Source of the DNA: a virus
Taxonomy: Duplodnaviria; Heunggongvirae; Uroviricota; Caudoviricetes
DNA length: 16,327 nt
Direction: 5' to 3' (one strand)
IMG/VR virus record: IMGVR_UViG_2645728010_000001
How positions within the stretch are numbered: the first letter of the stretch is position 1; each line of letters begins with the position of its first letter. Of this stretch, positions 15,044 to 16,327 are shown piece by piece. The position numbers were made by a program, and so were the translations under genes. Under the pieces are notes generated by a model. It ran no database searches. It was not told where the DNA came from and saw only the letters and a program-made list of their open reading frames with translations.

Positions 15044-16327
15044 ATGGATTTCCAGTTATATTCGCTCGGCGCAGCGTTAGTGTTTCATGAAATATTTTTT
15101 CCTGAATCATCAACGGCAATGGCGTTAATTTTGGCAATGGGAACCTACGGTGCAGGTTATGTGGCGCGTATTGTCGGAGCATTTATTTTCGGCAAAATGG
15201 GCGACAGAATAGGGCGTAAAAAAGTGCTCTTTATTACCATCACCATGATGGGGATCTGTACCACCTTAATTGGTGTGTTACCGACCTATGCACAGATTGG
15301 TGTTTTTGCCCCCATCTTGCTGGTGACGCTGCGTATTATTCAGGGGTTGGGTGCAGGTGCGGAAATTTCCGGTGCCGGTACGATGCTGGCGGAATATGCA
15401 CCAAAAGGTAAGCGCGGAATTATCTCCTCATTTGTAGCTATGGGAACTAACTGCGGAACCTTGAGCGCAACGGCAATCTGGGCCTTTATGTTCTTCATTC
15501 TCAGTAAAGAGGAACTGCTGGCGTGGGGATGGCGTATACCGTTCCTGGCGAGCGTTGTCGTGATGGTCTTTGCTATCTGGTTACGTATGAATCTGAAAGA
15601 AAGCCCGGTCTTTGAGAAGGTTAATGACAGCAACCAACCCACAGCAAAACCTGCACCTGCTGGTAGCATGTTCCAGAGCAAATCCTTCTGGCTGGCAACA
15701 GGGCTGCGTTTTGGTCAGGCGGGTAACTCCGGGTTAATTCAGACTTTCCTTGCAGGCTATTTAGTGCAGACGTTATTGTTTAACAAAGCAATTCCAACAG
15801 ATGCATTGATGATTAGTTCGATTCTCGGCTTTATGACCATTCCGTTCCTTGGTTGGTTATCCGATAAAATTGGTCGCCGGATCCCGTATATTATTATGAA
15901 TACCTCCGCGATTGTGCTGGCATGGCCAATGCTTTCTATCATTGTAGATAAAAGCTATGCCCCGAGCACCATTATGGTTGCACTGATTGTGATTCATAAC
16001 TGTGCGGTGCTGGGATTATTTGCTCTGGAAAACATTACCATGGCAGAAATGTTCGGCTGTAAAAACCGCTTTACCCGGATGGCTATTTCTAAAGAAATTG
16101 GTGGTCTTATCGCTTCCGGTTTTGGTCCTATCCTGGCGGGTATTTTCTGCACCATGACGGAATCCTGGTATCCGATCGCCATTATGATCATGGCATATTC
16201 AGTGATTGGTTTAATCTCTGCGCTGAAAATGCCAGAGGTGAAAGACCGTGATTTAAGTGCGCTGGAAGACGCTGCGGAAGATCAACCGCGTGTTGTAAGA
16301 GCTGCGCAACCTTCCAGAAGTCTGTAA
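15044..16327 (+). CDS. ydfJ: MFS metabolite:H+ symporter-family transporter, N-terminally truncated at prophage junction (ydfJ-like)
   Basis: 427 aa with MFS signatures (GDRIGRKK, 12-TM-like hydropathy); alignment logic with family members implies about 25 N-terminal residues (start of TM1) are missing; in-frame stop 3 nt upstream of the ATG. Confidence 0.75.
   Translation: MDFQLYSLGAALVFHEIFFPESSTAMALILAMGTYGAGYVARIVGAFIFGKMGDRIGRKKVLFITITMMGICTTLIGVLPTYAQIGVFAPILLVTLRIIQGLGAGAEISGAGTMLAEYAPKGKRGIISSFVAMGTNCGTLSATAIWAFMFFILSKEELLAWGWRIPFLASVVVMVFAIWLRMNLKESPVFEKVNDSNQPTAKPAPAGSMFQSKSFWLATGLRFGQAGNSGLIQTFLAGYLVQTLLFNKAIPTDALMISSILGFMTIPFLGWLSDKIGRRIPYIIMNTSAIVLAWPMLSIIVDKSYAPSTIMVALIVIHNCAVLGLFALENITMAEMFGCKNRFTRMAISKEIGGLIASGFGPILAGIFCTMTESWYPIAIMIMAYSVIGLISALKMPEVKDRDLSALEDAAEDQPRVVRAAQPSRSL

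Noticed and set aside
15340-16191. Minus-strand ORFs inside the MFS transporter gene
   Set aside because: Antisense shadows of a well-supported membrane-protein gene.
1-16327. CRISPR arrays, tRNA or rRNA genes
   Set aside because: No regularly spaced repeat-spacer arrays and no tRNA-like cloverleaf or rRNA-like segments were seen on reading; the only tandem repeats are coding (stf) or iterons.

Overview
The window reads as the right-hand part of a defective (cryptic) lambdoid prophage of the Qin/Rac type from an Escherichia-like host, ending at the prophage-host junction inside an MFS transporter gene (ydfJ-like). Left to right: the minus-strand dicB operon (ydfD, dicB, DicF sRNA, ydfB/C-like, ydfA-like) and DicA-like repressor; a divergent Cro-like DicC with two palindromic operators (TGTTAGA-N4-TCTAACA); an early/replication module (173-aa ORF, O-like initiator with five iterons inside its own gene, 119-aa ORF); an intact mok/hok type I toxin locus; rem-like and DUF968 (ydfU-like) ORFs; a Q antiterminator with a downstream intrinsic terminator; a diverged Blc-type lipocalin lipoprotein on the opposite strand; a DUF523 gene fragment fused to an IS3 copy that lacks its orfA-side terminal repeat and abuts an internal codon of a side-tail-fibre gene (so lysis, terminase, head and tail genes appear deleted); the 3' part of stf; a three-ORF cassette followed by an orphan tfa 3' end; a Pin/Hin/Gin-type invertase; a YdfK/YnaE-like ORF; and the 5'-truncated MFS gene. 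No CRISPR array, rRNA or tRNA was seen. All identifications rest on reading the translations and on recalled family signatures, with no database search; hand-placed coordinates (RNA, sites, repeats) are approximate to a few nt. The most interesting candidates are the cassette between stf and pin, the prophage-borne lipocalin, and a plus-strand 66-aa ORF antisense to the dicB operon.
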